64,000 nt of DNA, taken from NCBI GenBank assembly GCA_030141605.1, contig JAQGDQ010000141.1, forward strand, positions 248,001 through 312,000, written 5' to 3'. The stretch is from Tubiluchus corallicola. Lineage: Eukaryota > Animalia > Priapulida. The number at the start of each line of letters is the position of its first letter. The stretch's first letter is position 1. Made by a program: the position numbers and the translations under genes. Below the pieces are notes generated by a model that had not been told where the DNA came from, searched no databases, and saw only the letters and a program-made list of their open reading frames with translations. Positions 26,038 through 38,100 of this stretch are shown here, in pieces.

Positions 26038-29000
26038 ATAATAATAATAATAGTAATAAATTAATAATAATAATAATAAAATAATAATAATAATAAATTA
26101 ATAATAATATAGAAATCATAGTTAATAGAAATCATAATAAAAATTATAGCAATTATTGTAATGGCAAAATATTTCTAGTCTAGTCAGATTTTATAGTAGT
26201 ATGGAAAAATAGTAAACGACAATTACTTGAAAATTGAATACAAGGTTACATTTTGATAATGATATTATTTAAATTATTCGTGTAAATTTATAATAAAAAC
26301 AGAAACAGTAGTGGAGCATAAATCATAAATCTATGATAAAAACAGAAACACAAAAAATAAAGCCATCACAGAATATATTTGATTTGAAATTTGCTGGAAA
26401 GAATAGTTAAACAGCTCTTTCACAGGCAAGCAAACAGTCCGTATTTCGGTCTGTATTTCGACATTTCAATTATCTTTGAAATGTCTTAATGCGTGTTAAA
26501 ATATTAAGACGTGTTGTGACTTTACCATAACATGTAAAATCGTTTACACTGGTTATCTTGCGTTTAATTCAACTATAAAAAATTTTGTTTAAAAATCATT
26601 TGTTTTAATCTATTATGACACTAGCACCTTAAATGGTAAAAAAGTGAATGCTGTCAAATATGCAAGTGATTTACCAATTTTAACTAACTGTACCAATTTG
26701 ACACAATGTGAAAGTGCAACTAAATCAGTCCAAAGTTCATCAAATTTATAATCTACACAAAGCTTATCTTAAGTAAACAAGTTCTACTTGTAGAAAAATC
26801 CAACCTACCAAGATCAATCTACGGTGTTATACACGATAATAAAGACGCGGCAAAACAACGATACTCACTCAGATAACTGGATAAAAGTTGGCAAATTTTT
26901 ACTCCAAATTATCTCTCCATCGTCTACCTCTTGAATGCCACTTATTACACCACTTTTCTTTTTACTGGTAATGTGATGCCTGTAGAAAAAGAGAGGCTGT
27001 AACAACCACATATTTACGGGGCATTCAACAAACAAGTTTTCTCGCCAAGTAACTCGCAAGTATGGTCAGACTAGAGAGTAAAAACTGCTGTGAGTTACTC
27101 TCCAACAATAAGTGCGAATTGACACTCCCTTCTCTATTTGCTACAAGAAAAATCGAGAGCAACTCGCCGAGGCATTCAAACTAGGGAGCAACTCGTAACA
27201 ACTGCTGGAAAGCTTGCAATAACTTGCAACTTGCAAAGTAGTTCACACTTGCGGCTTTGCTGCTAGACTGAAAACTCACAACAGAAAACTCGCTAGTCTA
27301 AACTGTTAGTGATAAACTGAAAACGTTCTAATAAACTAAATTAAAAAGTCATTAAAAAAAATTCTGATCTGCCATCACTGTCACAGCTAGAATCCAAACA
27401 GAGAATCCAGCAAAATATTTTAAACATCAATGCTCACTACAAAAAAAATCCACATATAAAAAATCCATATTTATACTTATAATTGCATTTTATATACTAT
27501 CATAGCATGTGATGGGTTTCAAAACAGAACCTTAACACATAATAAACACTGCACATTTTCGTTATTCAATTATTAACACACACTATCTAGAAAACGCTTA
27601 CATGGTCAGTTTATCAGCATACACTATCTAGAAAGCACTTACATGGCCAGTTTATTAACAAACACTATCTAGAAAGCACTTACATGGTCAGTTTATTAAC
27701 AAACACTATCTAGAAAGCACTTACATGGCCAGTTTATCAGTATACACTATCTAGAAAGCACTTACATGGCCAGTTTATTAACAAACACTATCTAGAAAGC
27801 ACTTACATGATCAGTTTATTAACAAACACTATCTAGAAAGCACTTACATGATCAGTTTATTAACAAACACTATCTAGAAAGCAGTTACATGGTCAGTTTA
27901 TCAGCACACACTATCTAGAAAGCACTTACATGATCAGTTTATTAACAAACACTATCTAGAAAGCACTTACATGGCCAGTTTATCAGCATACACTATCTAG
28001 AAAGCACTTACATGATCAGTTTATTAACAAACACTATCTAGAAAGCACTTACAAGGTCAGTTTATTAACAAACACTATCTAGAAAACACTTACAAGGTCA
28101 GTTTATTAACAAACACTATCTAGAAAACACTTACATGGTCAGTTTATTAGCACGACCACCAAACGGACGAAATGGAAGATGGCCAGTAGCAGCATGATAC
28201 AAGGTCACTCCGATACTCCACAAATCCACTTCCACTCCAAACGCCTTCTCCACGGAACCTCTGAACAAAACTCGCTCATACATGTCAGGGTGCTAAAAAT
28301 TATTTTAATTATTCAACAGCACATTACGTTTAAAGGAAGACAAGATGATTTTTCATATACTAACCTATTTTCAAGTCCGATAAAAAGTATACATTTTAAC
28401 ACAATTAATACTGCAAAAGCATTTCTCATAATTAAATTATACATTAAAAACCTAATTAACGGCGAGCGAGCCGAACTATTGATGATATCACAAACTAATC
28501 TAGTTTTCAACAGCAAAAATATTCCATAAGCATGTTGCACGTGTTTGCGAAAGCGAAAATTGAAGTACATTGCTACTGTAAGACATCCAGTGTGTTGTAC
28601 TAAAACTAGGCAAGTTTAAGATAAAAATTCAAATTTCGAACTTACTGCTGTTCTCAAGCATGAGCTCACGTGTGCAGTTCGTCACAAGAGGTACAGCACT
28701 TGTTTTTTGTGCAATGCGTTTTTGAAGTGCATGCACTAGTTTCTAACTATCGAATGGCGAAATGTAGGTAACAGGGAAGAACTAATGGCGTGAATGCGAA
28801 ATTGTGTTTGTGTGGTAATAATTCATTCGAGTCAGTCATTCTTTGAAAAAATAGTACGTTTTGTTTCAATAATTTAACAAGTAGTTTGTTTTGACCTACT
28901 GTTTGAGATTGGGCCCAGTTTTGCTTTAACTACTGTACAATTTTTCGCATACTTATGTTTCTGGCCACCTAACTGTACTTGCTAATTAGTGAACAACACT

Positions 29001-32000
29001 AATTAGCTGACAGAATAAAGAAATAATCAGATATATTTGAGAAATATCATCCAATTACTTTCATTGCAGCTAAGTTAAGTGGTCTGTCTCGATAAGGCAA
29101 GTGTAGTTTTTCAGTATATTATTAACATCATTTTATTTCGAATATACATTACATAAGTAATTCACAAAAAAGTATTATCAGTCGAGATTACTTGCACGAT
29201 TAGTAATAAAACAACATAGCAATAGTAAAAAGGATTAATGGGCCTAGTAGTTCTCACAAAATCTATAAACAGTACAATTTCTTGCAAATTAACATGTAAC
29301 AAGGTAATCTATAATTGATCACAGCAGTTACGCTGCAATCGCGATCAATTACTAAAACGTTTTAATAATTATGTTTAAAAAATTAAAATCATAACATTCT
29401 AAGCATTCGATGCAATCTGTAGCCATATTAACAATTACCTGTCGGTTTCCTATCAAAGCCTATTTCTTCACTGATCTCCTTGTATTATATTGAATATGAA
29501 TATTATATGGTCCTTCACTGAATATTATATGGTCCATTTTCTAACTAATAACTACTACAGCTCAAAGTGCAACACGTATGTCATTGCTGACTTAATAGTA
29601 AACAAAGCTTAGTGTGTCACAAACTTAACAATAGTGTTACTACTTTGTCATATCAAGTAATGAAGTAGGAGTTTTGTTGTCCCGCAAAATCATTCTGACA
29701 CATTCGCGGACATGAAATTCAGGACATCATTGTAACTTACCAGGTATTCCTCGGTGCCGTGTAAACTCTCAAACCTCTCTTCATCTTGTAACTCTCTTGC
29801 AGTGCCGAAATCTGTCAGCTTGTACGTAGAACTACATAAACACAACTGACAGTTAGCGTTGACTAACAAAACAAGTAAATAAAACAAAAATAACAAATAA
29901 ATTCTCAAAACCTGCTTCTGGTTCCAGCAAAGTTTGCAAAGATTGGATGATAATTAGAAAAGGATGACTGGCATCAATGTACAGTGGATTTCAGAACACC
30001 CAGGCCGGCCACAAAAAAAATTTGTTTCTGTCTTACCACATGAACTCAAAAGATGTTAGTAAGGAGGGATGAAATTTTTTTTAACATTTTGTGAATGTTT
30101 AAAGCTGAATCCCGGAACATTTAAAATCAGTTGAAAACAAAGTTGTTTCCCACCGGTTAGCAGTAATTTGTTTTTTAGTTTTTTGTTTCGCCTTACTAAT
30201 TTATCGTACAATTATCTAATGTATAGGTTCTTTTTTGTACATTATAGATATTAATAGTATATTAAAACCACATTGAAGACATTTGATTTTGACCTTACGG
30301 CAGCAAAAAACATTTAAAAATATCACTTGAATATTCTCAACAAACCTGCCATCATGGTTGACAAAGCGTAAAATATTTCCCGGTTTCAGGTCCCTGTGAA
30401 CTATGCCTTTATCGCGTAAATGTTTCATTCCTGCAGCTGTAATAAAAAACATTTACAAACTTTTATTACGATGAATAAACTAAGACTAAAAAATGACAAT
30501 AAATATACAGTGTTCCCTCACTTATCCTGGGTGTTCGTTCCAAACCCACCCGCGATAAGTGAATTTCCACGAAGTAGGGACGCTATACTTGTTTAACACT
30601 TACATGTTTGTGTTGCATCGTAGGGCTTGAATAAATTCAGTTTCTAACGAAAATTTCACAAATAGCGTACAAGAAAACAAATTGCACGGTACCTGAGCCA
30701 ATCAGCGACTGAGATACAGAGCAGCGTTCTCTGGTTGGTCGCTTTAAATCAATCAACCAATCGTGTGTTGTGTACAATCTCACGTCGGCAAGTAGCATCT
30801 CAAGCGGGCACACGTACTAAATTTCGTTTTTGGTGTGTATTCACCCGCCGAATAAAGTCACTATTTACTGTAAATGGTATTTTTTTATGTTTTATAATAT
30901 TCTTTGAAAACCCGCGAAACAGCGAGTCCACGATAAACAAACTGTGAAGTAGCGAGGGAACACTGTATGCAAGAGCCAACCTCTAAAAATTAACAAGTTG
31001 TTTATTAATGTTGTAAATCTCACATGTTATATATAAGGCTATATATACTTTATAAATGGTAGACTGGTAGAACGTAGATTGGTGCAAGATGATTCAGAGT
31101 TTGAACATTGTCTAGAAGAAGCAAACGCATTTCAGATGCCTTGACAATAAGACTCTTATTTGCATTCTTATGTGCGCTGTCGCAACCAACAAACCAGCCA
31201 GAACTTTGAGAAAAAATTAACGTTAGCCATTTTGAGGATTTTCTAAAAAAACAATAGCTCACAAATTTCTGAAAAAAATGGCACTAAATGAAAACAGAAA
31301 AACTATTTAACAACATTCTGCACAAAATTCTAGTACTGAGGATTTCAAATGCCTGTAACTTGAGTTGATAGAATGCTCAGTCTTGAACAAATATGCAAAA
31401 CTTTAAAGGAAACGACAGTTCAATTAGCACGTTAAAGTAACTGGTGGACTTTGTGGCTTTCATAATGTATATACATTATATTACATTATTCAATATACAT
31501 TATGAAGCACTGCCCAGTTCTCAATACCTAACAATCATCGGTAACACCATGCAGCACTCTGTCGATTTCTGTGTTCTAAGTTAACGTGACTCTGAGCTCC
31601 ATTAATTGGGTCCTGTAGTGGTCCAAGTGACTTACTGAGTCTCTGTGCTGTTTGGAAGGTTTTAGGTTTCTCATATTGTGTTCCCTCTTGTGGTTGTGGA
31701 AAATGCAAAATTGTGTATAAAATGTGTATTACTCTTCTCACACATATTACACTGGTTTATTGTCCTAGTATGTAGAATTTGCTTGGTGCCAAAGTAATTG
31801 TTTGCTTATATTATTGGTACCTTTGCTTTAGTCTGATATATAAGGTACAATTTTAATGTTTTCTTTACATGAGAACTGCTTTCTACATTATTTCTAGTTG
31901 TAATCTGACAATTTGAATTTCGCTCTTGTGATTGCTTAACGATACAATTTATTTTATGCCTTGGGTAGTGGTGTCACAATTGTACTGATTGTTTGTTTTG

Positions 32001-34798
32001 GCTTGATTTATAGGATTGAAAGTGATGATTGCTGTCGAAATGACCGTCTCCACTAATAAACAACACGTTAATAATAATAAAATTGCAATGAAGCGAGACA
32101 CTAACTTAAACACTAAATTTGAAACCGTAAAAATTAAATGTCTAGCCTGCAATGTGACAAACTCTAGAAAAACATTACACGTTACAGCAATTCCATTTAC
32201 TTCCTTTTTCTTAAGAGAAAGTTTGCATGGTAATATGCAGATGTTGTGCTCTATCAATAACAATTATTAATTAATTTAAATCAGTTAATTAAATTGTTGC
32301 TAATTTGTCACCTACTCACTTAGATGTTCGAGAACAAGAAGAAACTCGCTTTCCTCCATTCCAAAAGCATTTTCTGGTTCTCGCAATAAATCACATAAGC
32401 TACCTCCAGTACAAAGTTCCATGACAATGATTTTCTCATGTGTAGCATGCTGAAAGTACAATGCCATAATGTAAAACAGCTGTTAGACCAAGAATGGAAA
32501 TATGTTTGTTTTAATATCAAAGTGCAGTTTATTTTGTATGACAAAAATGTGCATGAGTTACTAAATGTGCAACATTCTTAGCAATTAAAACAGTAGTCAC
32601 TACTGGGCGATGAAGCACTACACCAATCAGTGGCACAGTATAGATGTACGGATGGTAAACACTGCAGTTTCCGGAAATCTGCCAAATTGGATGAAGGCTA
32701 GCATTATGGTACAGTACAGTTCAAAATACAGTATGGTACAACTGATATTTAGTTCAGAATTACTAGTGCGAAGAACTTTCCTTGGGATACGGTACAATAA
32801 ATGTATGAAAAATTAGAAAAATTTCGTACTAAAGCCGTTTCTAATCTTTACGTCAAAGGTTAGTGGTGAACCTACTTGGGAAAAGGGCTTCTAATACGGC
32901 TACCGCACCAGGCTAGGTGTGGCAGCGGCAGCCAAAATCCAAGCTATATCACTCGTACTGAATAATGACATATATTGTTATAAAATATATGCATCGATAG
33001 GCCAACTGCGACATTTTGCATCTGTAAAAAACTATGGAAGCCCCTGAATAATATGCATGGCAGTACGTCAACAAAGGATTTCAAACTTTCTAGGAAACTA
33101 TTTGAAGAAACTTATTAAATTTAATTTATTTATTTGTTATATATAAATATTAAATATTTTTTAATTGTGAGTTTTAACTATGTTTTGGTTATTATTCTAT
33201 GTACTGAAATGTACTGAAATAAATGTAACACAATAAAATAATAATAATATAGTTGGATCATTCAAACTACACCTGTGTATGACTATTTTTAAAAAGAGTT
33301 TGTGTCGCCATGAAATGGATCATTGGCCTTATGTAATATTAATAATAATAATAATAATTTCATTCAGGACATAGTCGAGGGATAACACCTCAAGTAACTC
33401 AACACTTATTTCCAAGGCAGTCCCGATTATTAATGCCCAAACAATTACCTGATTATGGTCGAAGAACAATATTCAAAATCATCCGCAACAAATTACAACA
33501 ATAAATACAACAAACAACTGGTACATGTTTATGTTGTATCTTACTAAACATACTAATATGCAGAAATTTAATATATGTCTAAAACGAACTTACATCCTCT
33601 TCAATAGCCAGCAGTTTCACTATGTTTTCATGGCTGACTTTCTGCAAAACCTGAAACTCGCGCATCTGCGCCTCCACAGAGCGCATGTGGTTTCTTTCAT
33701 TAAACACTTTAATTGCAACAGGATCACCAGTTACCTACAAATAATGAATAAAAGTTACAATTGAATAATATCTTATCATTAACATCTTATCAAATGACTT
33801 AATACAAAAATGGCCAATGTATCAACTCAGGTTAAATGAAACAAACACTATCTTCAAGACAGATGATTTCTTTGGTCACAAAAAAACCTAGTCATCTCTT
33901 ATTTGTTAATGGTGATTGTCCCCCAATTTTAGTTTAGATTTTACAAGCTTATCCTTGAGCCCACATAAACTCAAAAATGTTCTTACATTACAAGTCAGTT
34001 GGTCTAGTTTACTAAAGTGAAAACTTGGTAGAAAAATAAGACGGTAAATGTACTGAAACAGTTATACTTGGAACTAAGACATTGTATCAAAGTAAAAAAA
34101 CATTCATTAGAGCAAACCAAATGGTGTATTTTAGAACATGATAAAAAACTGCCTGATAATCCAGAGGATCACTTCTCAATCAATTTCTTATCAATGCCAC
34201 ACTGCAGTAATATGCGCCTAATTACACTGCTTACACATGGAAAGATGCAATAATCATAGATGTGGATCATAAGGTACATCCAGTGTATGTAGCTCTCAAA
34301 ACCTATATTCACAGCAAGCACATGGTGTCCTGTTATTCATGTATTGCTGTCAACTAACGACCCACATTACAAGAATTGAACCTATCGATACAATCCTTGA
34401 ATCATTCCTCATAAACCAATGTAAGCACTTGTAAAAAGGCTAGATAATATATTTAGCATAGCTGCCAGAAAAGCAAACCATCTTGGGTTCAAATCTCATT
34501 GGAAGCGTAAAATTTTTCAAACTTTCTAATTTAGAATTACATTCATGTATTTATATGACTAAAAATAAAACATCCTAAAGACTAAATCATGATAAAATGC
34601 AAAATTATAATTATAACAATAGAAAAATTCACCACCTACCTTGTGATAACCCTTTATTACACTACAGGTAGCACCAGAACCAAAATAATAGCCCTTCATT
34701 ATGCTACGAGTAGAACCATAACCCGGCACATCGCCTTTCTGCTTCACATTTCTCCATGGATAAACATAATTCATAGAACCTCTTAACTGAACATCCAT
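5852..34798 (-). CDS. TBK1: TBK1 / IKK-epsilon family Ser/Thr kinase (kinase domain, ubiquitin-like domain, scaffold-dimerisation domain, C-terminal coil); 20 coding exons, 2361 nt, about 786 aa
   Basis: Exons 34798-34640, 33734-33594, 32449-32320, 30436-30346, 29831-29741, 28292-28135, 26979-26869, 25071-24892, 23252-23044, 22146-21996, 20913-20812, 19481-19370, 15698-15577, 14546-14458, 13344-13305, 11978-11877, 10539-10443, 9804-9686, 7747-7676, 5936-5852, all GT-AG with consistent phases; motifs [72 protein letters not shown] are diagnostic of TBK1/IKKe. Confidence 0.93.
7250..7606. mobile_element. hAT-like MITE with TCGAA subrepeats
   Basis: Ends gggtaagcatt / gatgctcacccctg; flanks ctaactac/ctaaatac (7/8 TSD); partial related copy near 46256. 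Confidence 0.6.
7676..7747 (-). CDS. TBK1: TBK1 exon (C-terminal coil)
   Basis: [23 protein letters not shown], resembling TBK1 ELAENNHILE. Confidence 0.78.
8614..9189. mobile_element. Tc1/pogo (Tigger-like) MITE
   Basis: TA|cagtaaactcc...ggagtttactg|TA; repeated ttgagtta subterminal motifs. Confidence 0.85.
9686..9804 (-). CDS. TBK1: TBK1 exon
   Basis: [39 protein letters not shown]. Confidence 0.75.
9840..9946. repeat. Two-copy ~56-bp tandem duplication
   Basis: aaatccag..gttgaaaatgaaagaggttgagaatggaatgggtttct occurs twice. Confidence 0.85.
10443..10539 (-). CDS. TBK1: TBK1 exon
   Basis: [32 protein letters not shown]. Confidence 0.8.
10654..10993 (+). mobile_element. Non-autonomous Helentron/HINE (DINE-1-like) element
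   Basis: aactag start in A-rich site, ttgacctttttgacc motif, (TAA)n run, 3' 11-bp hairpin taagattctgc-tatat-gcagaatctta, no TSD. Confidence 0.55.
10979..11926. repeat. 79-bp minisatellite, 12 copies, made of TBK1 exon 3' half + splice donor + hairpin arm
   Basis: Unit atgcagaatcttaaatatgatactaacctgtaccaggccgtgaacttgctgtagagagactgcgttgaactgttacaat starts at 10981, 11060, ... 11850. Confidence 0.95.
11877..11978 (-). CDS. TBK1: TBK1 exon (its 3' half is amplified in the adjacent array)
   Basis: [33 protein letters not shown]. Confidence 0.82.
13305..13344 (-). CDS. TBK1: TBK1 40-nt exon
   Basis: [13 protein letters not shown], resembling TBK1 LAYNEEQIHKFDK. Confidence 0.8.
13527..14250. repeat. 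35-bp minisatellite (~21 copies, two variants plus 32-bp indel forms)
   Basis: Unit ctgtcaccctactgtcatcatgtgtacaggtggta / ...ggcagcg. Confidence 0.95.
14458..14546 (-). CDS. TBK1: TBK1 exon (SDD)
   Basis: [29 protein letters not shown]. Confidence 0.8.
15208..15365. repeat. Degenerate 21-bp tandem repeat
   Basis: gctcaatttgacttgattaca-like unit, about 7 copies. Confidence 0.8.
15577..15698 (-). CDS. TBK1: TBK1 exon (SDD)
   Basis: [40 protein letters not shown]. Confidence 0.8.
15896..17938 (+). mobile_element. P-element superfamily DNA transposon, internally deleted (2043 bp)
   Basis: 63-bp TIRs starting CAAGGACTACTATACAACAGGACGTGCA (15896-15958 / 17876-17938); perfect 8-bp TSD GTCAGAGG; THAP and P-type C-terminal remnants. 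Confidence 0.93.
16318..17555 (+). pseudogene. Disrupted THAP-domain (THAP9/P-type) transposase
   Basis: MPNK then frameshift to [24 protein letters not shown] (first two THAP Cys missing); catalytic core absent at ~17065; C-terminal YVAGW and SRGGLTVP motifs; further frameshift ~17490 before KKARLAD*. Confidence 0.85.
19370..19481 (-). CDS. TBK1: TBK1 exon (SDD)
   Basis: [37 protein letters not shown]. Confidence 0.78.
20812..20913 (-). CDS. TBK1: TBK1 exon (SDD)
   Basis: [33 protein letters not shown]. Confidence 0.8.
21996..22146 (-). CDS. TBK1: TBK1 exon (SDD)
   Basis: [49 protein letters not shown]; phases fit neighbours. Confidence 0.82.
23044..23252 (-). CDS. TBK1: TBK1 exon (ubiquitin-like domain)
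   Basis: [31 protein letters not shown]...[29 protein letters not shown]. Confidence 0.85.
23305..23845. mobile_element. Tc1/mariner-type MITE
   Basis: TA|cagggtgtctcataagtcac...gtgacttatgagacaccctg|TA, perfect 20-bp TIR. Confidence 0.88.
24250..24843. repeat. Composite ~27-bp minisatellite built from agttcta subunits
   Basis: agttctatgtagttctactaagctttt and variants. Confidence 0.9.
24892..25071 (-). CDS. TBK1: TBK1 exon (kinase end / ULD start)
   Basis: [59 protein letters not shown]. Confidence 0.9.
26003..26110. repeat. (TAA/TTA)n low-complexity tract
   Basis: Visible trinucleotide runs. Confidence 0.85.
26869..26979 (-). CDS. TBK1: TBK1 exon
   Basis: [36 protein letters not shown]. 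Confidence 0.9.
27571..28150. repeat. 41-bp minisatellite, ~14 copies, spanning a TBK1 exon end and GTAAGT donor
   Basis: Unit acactatctagaaagcacttacatggtcagtttattaacaa (starts 27621, 27662, 27703...); last copy overlaps the exon ending at 28135. Confidence 0.95.
28135..28292 (-). CDS. TBK1: TBK1 exon (C-lobe)
   Basis: [53 protein letters not shown]. Confidence 0.93.
28500..28930. repeat. Dispersed repeat, diverged copy at ~50370-50760
   Basis: Shared gaaaattgaagta..gtgctac, ctaactaacgaatgg, tgtggtaata segments in the same order. Confidence 0.65.
29741..29831 (-). CDS. TBK1: TBK1 exon (DFG, activation loop)
   Basis: [31 protein letters not shown]; Ser172-equivalent retained. Confidence 0.94.
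30346..30436 (-). CDS. TBK1: TBK1 exon (catalytic loop)
   Basis: [30 protein letters not shown]. Confidence 0.93.
30508..30965. mobile_element. Tigger/pogo-like MITE
   Basis: TA|cagtgttccctc...gagggaacactg|TA. Confidence 0.87.
32320..32449 (-). CDS. TBK1: TBK1 exon (hinge)
   Basis: [43 protein letters not shown]. Confidence 0.92.
33594..33734 (-). CDS. TBK1: TBK1 exon (VAIK, alphaC)
   Basis: [47 protein letters not shown]. Confidence 0.93.
34640..34798 (-). CDS. TBK1: TBK1 coding exon 1 (start, Gly-rich loop)
   Basis: [53 protein letters not shown]; acceptor at 34823, donor gtaggt. Confidence 0.85.
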
Positions 34799-36001
34799 TG
34801 GTGAATGGTGGGTAAACAATGCCTAAACAAAGACAAATAAACAAGTGTAACTAGCACAAGCAAGCTAGGGTATGATTAGAAATACAATTAATTGTGATTA
34901 CAAATGATTACAGTCTCACAAGTTCTGTTGCATTTCACTCTGCTCTGTGACTTGGGTCAGGGGTTTTCTGTGACTGTGTTTTTCCCTAGTGATTTTTACT
35001 TTCTTTGCTTCTGCATTTTTCCCAGGTTACTGTGTCCTTTTTAAATGCTACATCTTTACATACTAATATATAATCTTTGTCCTTTTTCTCTTTCACCTGA
35101 ATATAAACTACTTCATTGTTTTTTCCTTTAAGTGTGGGATTTTATCATTAAGTGACGTTAGTCTTCTCATTAAGAATCAAATGTTGGGTTAAATAGCCTG
35201 CTAAGCTTTTCATTAAGCTTTCATCTACTACCAAAGTAAATTCATATGAAATCTAAAACATGTGAACTAGAAACAACTTTATGTGCTCTGATAATTAACC
35301 AACAATAAACACAATAAATGTGGGCAAACTAATTTAGCTGGTGTCTCAGAATACTAAGTGGGATGTTCACAGTTGAAGGACATACCCATGTACTGCGACT
35401 CCACGTAACGCCTCACCTTGTAACCCTCGCCATGTATTGTGGTACCAATTACCACCTCACCATGTACTATGGTGCTATGCACCAAGGCAGCACACAATGA
35501 GGTGCCACATAGCACTGCAGTGCAGAGCGGCATAAGGCGAGGCAGTATACGGGATATCGAGCAAACCTCTTCTGAGCCCTATGATAAGTCTATGAGTATG
35601 AGCACCCTACGTAGTGTAACAGGCTAATAGCTAGTTTTCTGGATCTGGCGGTGTAATCAGCAAGCTCAAACTATGAATATCATGCAAATGCATACCTTCG
35701 TCAATCTACTTCAACAAAACATTATCCGTCTAAAGTACGGTGTGGGTAGCTTTAAGCGATTTTGTGATTTGGATTTCGGAGGACATTAAGTAAATTTAAG
35801 TAAATTATAAGTAAATAAGTTCAAAAGTAATTTTAAAAATGCACTGAGAGTGGCGTGCCCAATGCCAACCATGCGCCAACGTAAGTAAACCATTCCATGG
35901 CATAGATTCAATGATACAAAAGCAAATTGTAAATAAACGCAAAACTGTCAATAAAAATAAAGTAGACTTACAAATAACAGATGGGAAAAACGTATGCTCA
36001 C

Positions 36002-36110
36002 CTAGAAAAGACGAAAATCACAGGAAATAACTGAAATAATTCATCCAATTCAACGTCATGGCACACACAAACAACAACATATACACTATAGATTGGACTT
36101 GAGTCTGGAA
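36002..36110 (-). other. Probable non-coding first exon / promoter-proximal region of TBK1
   Basis: Donor AG|gtgagc at 36002/36001, upstream of the acceptor at 34823; 5' boundary not determinable. Confidence 0.4.
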
Positions 36111-38100
36111 AGTTGCCAACTTAATATTTCAATATGCGAAATCTTCAGTGCACTAAATATACTTGGTATCAAAAAGGCTATGTCAAAGCGCCCAGGACGC
36201 CAGCGTTATTCACAAGTTCGACTTTGACATTTTGGCCGATAACACCAGCCATATAAATTTTATAAATGTTGTATAGTTAACAATATTTATCCTTTCACTT
36301 TGCTATTTTTCCACAATCCTGGCAAATTGTTTTTCTTATTAGCTTATTAGACAACTTTTATTTAAATAGCTGCAATTGCTCATTGCTTGCAGTTTATAAT
36401 ATCTAACTGTGATTTCTTGTATCTACCACATTATAACAGAGAATGTAGTACTGCTACACTTAAAATTAGATATCCAAAATAATTACGTTAAAATAACAGC
36501 CAGAAAGAGTGCTGTTCTCATTATACTATCAGCAGTTTAATCCCTGTTTATTAATGTTAACGAATAAAATTAATTTAATTATATGATCCTACATTATGGA
36601 GGCCAGAAAAAACAGTATTCTTATACCCATAATGGTACATGCTGTAATCCTTTCCTGAAATAAGCCTATATCAGTTTCACTGGGCTATTGAAAACAGTTT
36701 CAGATGAAGACACGATCATGTGTGAAAAAATATGCAAAATTTCATCTCAGACCTAACTTAGGTTTAGTTGAAAGGTTTCCTGATACGTTATTTCAGCAAA
36801 ATAAAGATAAACACCAAAGATGAAGATAATAAAGATAACTAAGTAAGATTTTATTTGACTTGCAAAAATGAACAAAATGTGCACCTACATCTTTTAAATG
36901 TATTATCTACAATACAAAATGATTTTTACAGCTTTATATATACAGCTTAAACTTCTTATAAGATTAATATTAGTTAAGGACATTCAACTAAAACTACAAA
37001 AAATATAGCATTTTCAGGCAATGCGTATCATAAACTGCGGGAATTTTAAGTTTGAAAAAATGTTTTTGTAGATTTGTAAAGGATCTATAAATTTTTTGGT
37101 ATCACACATGGCTCAACAAATCTACCTAAACATTTTTCAAACATAAAATATGAAAAACACAAATTATTAAATTTTTGAACTTTACACTGATTAAAGGAAA
37201 AAAGTCATGATTAATTTCAGTAATCATTAAAATAACAAAATGCATCAACTATTAGTTACCTTAATTATCATTCCTGAGTCTGTCTATTTTACCTAATTCA
37301 TAATACTATAAACTAGAATGCAATAATACATAGCCTATATAATTACAATTGAGTTCATCAAAATAAATCCATTATAAAACCACCATGATATTATCCTATA
37401 GCACTAACACTCAGCCTGCACTCATGTATCAGGGAAGTCTTTTGAAATACATCTGTATTTTAATGCATCACCAACATTGTCGCAATTGACGTAAATTGAT
37501 CGTCATGGCCATGATCGATTTAAACAGTTTAATGATTATTTATTGTCGAATGGAAAACTGGTGCAATTAAATAATTAAACTTTTTTGCAATAAACAGACA
37601 ATGAATTACTGATAATAAACAAGAAAAGTGCAAAAAAAACTATTAATATAATAGATGGCTAATGTACAATAGATGTGAGAAATGCCATGCAATCCACACA
37701 ACTCCATTACACAAACTTTACCAGATAAATCAAAGTAACTAATAGTGCAGAGTTACAAGTTAAAAAGAATAAAAAAAACAAATATAATATTTAAAGCACA
37801 AAAAACCGTCCACTTAAATAAGGCTTAAAAAATTTATCTTGAAATTTTATACCACCTAAATACTGCCTTTTTGCATGCAGGGCTTGCATTGGCAATAACA
37901 CTGTGTAAAACCTGTAAATCTAAACTCCCGCAATGACCATTAGACACAGCCATTTCAACTGTAAATCATTTGAAACGAGTTTAGATAACATTGTGTGAAG
38001 TTTGAAAAAATAATCAGAGCATTTATGGCACACATGCTATTAACTATGTAAAATGTTAAATTATTGTATCTTGTCAATAAAATAAAAAATATGTTTTTGG

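Noticed and set aside
36106-36118. NF-kB-like site GGAAAGTTGCC near the TBK1 5' end
   Set aside because: Imperfect match; short motifs occur by chance and the TSS is unknown
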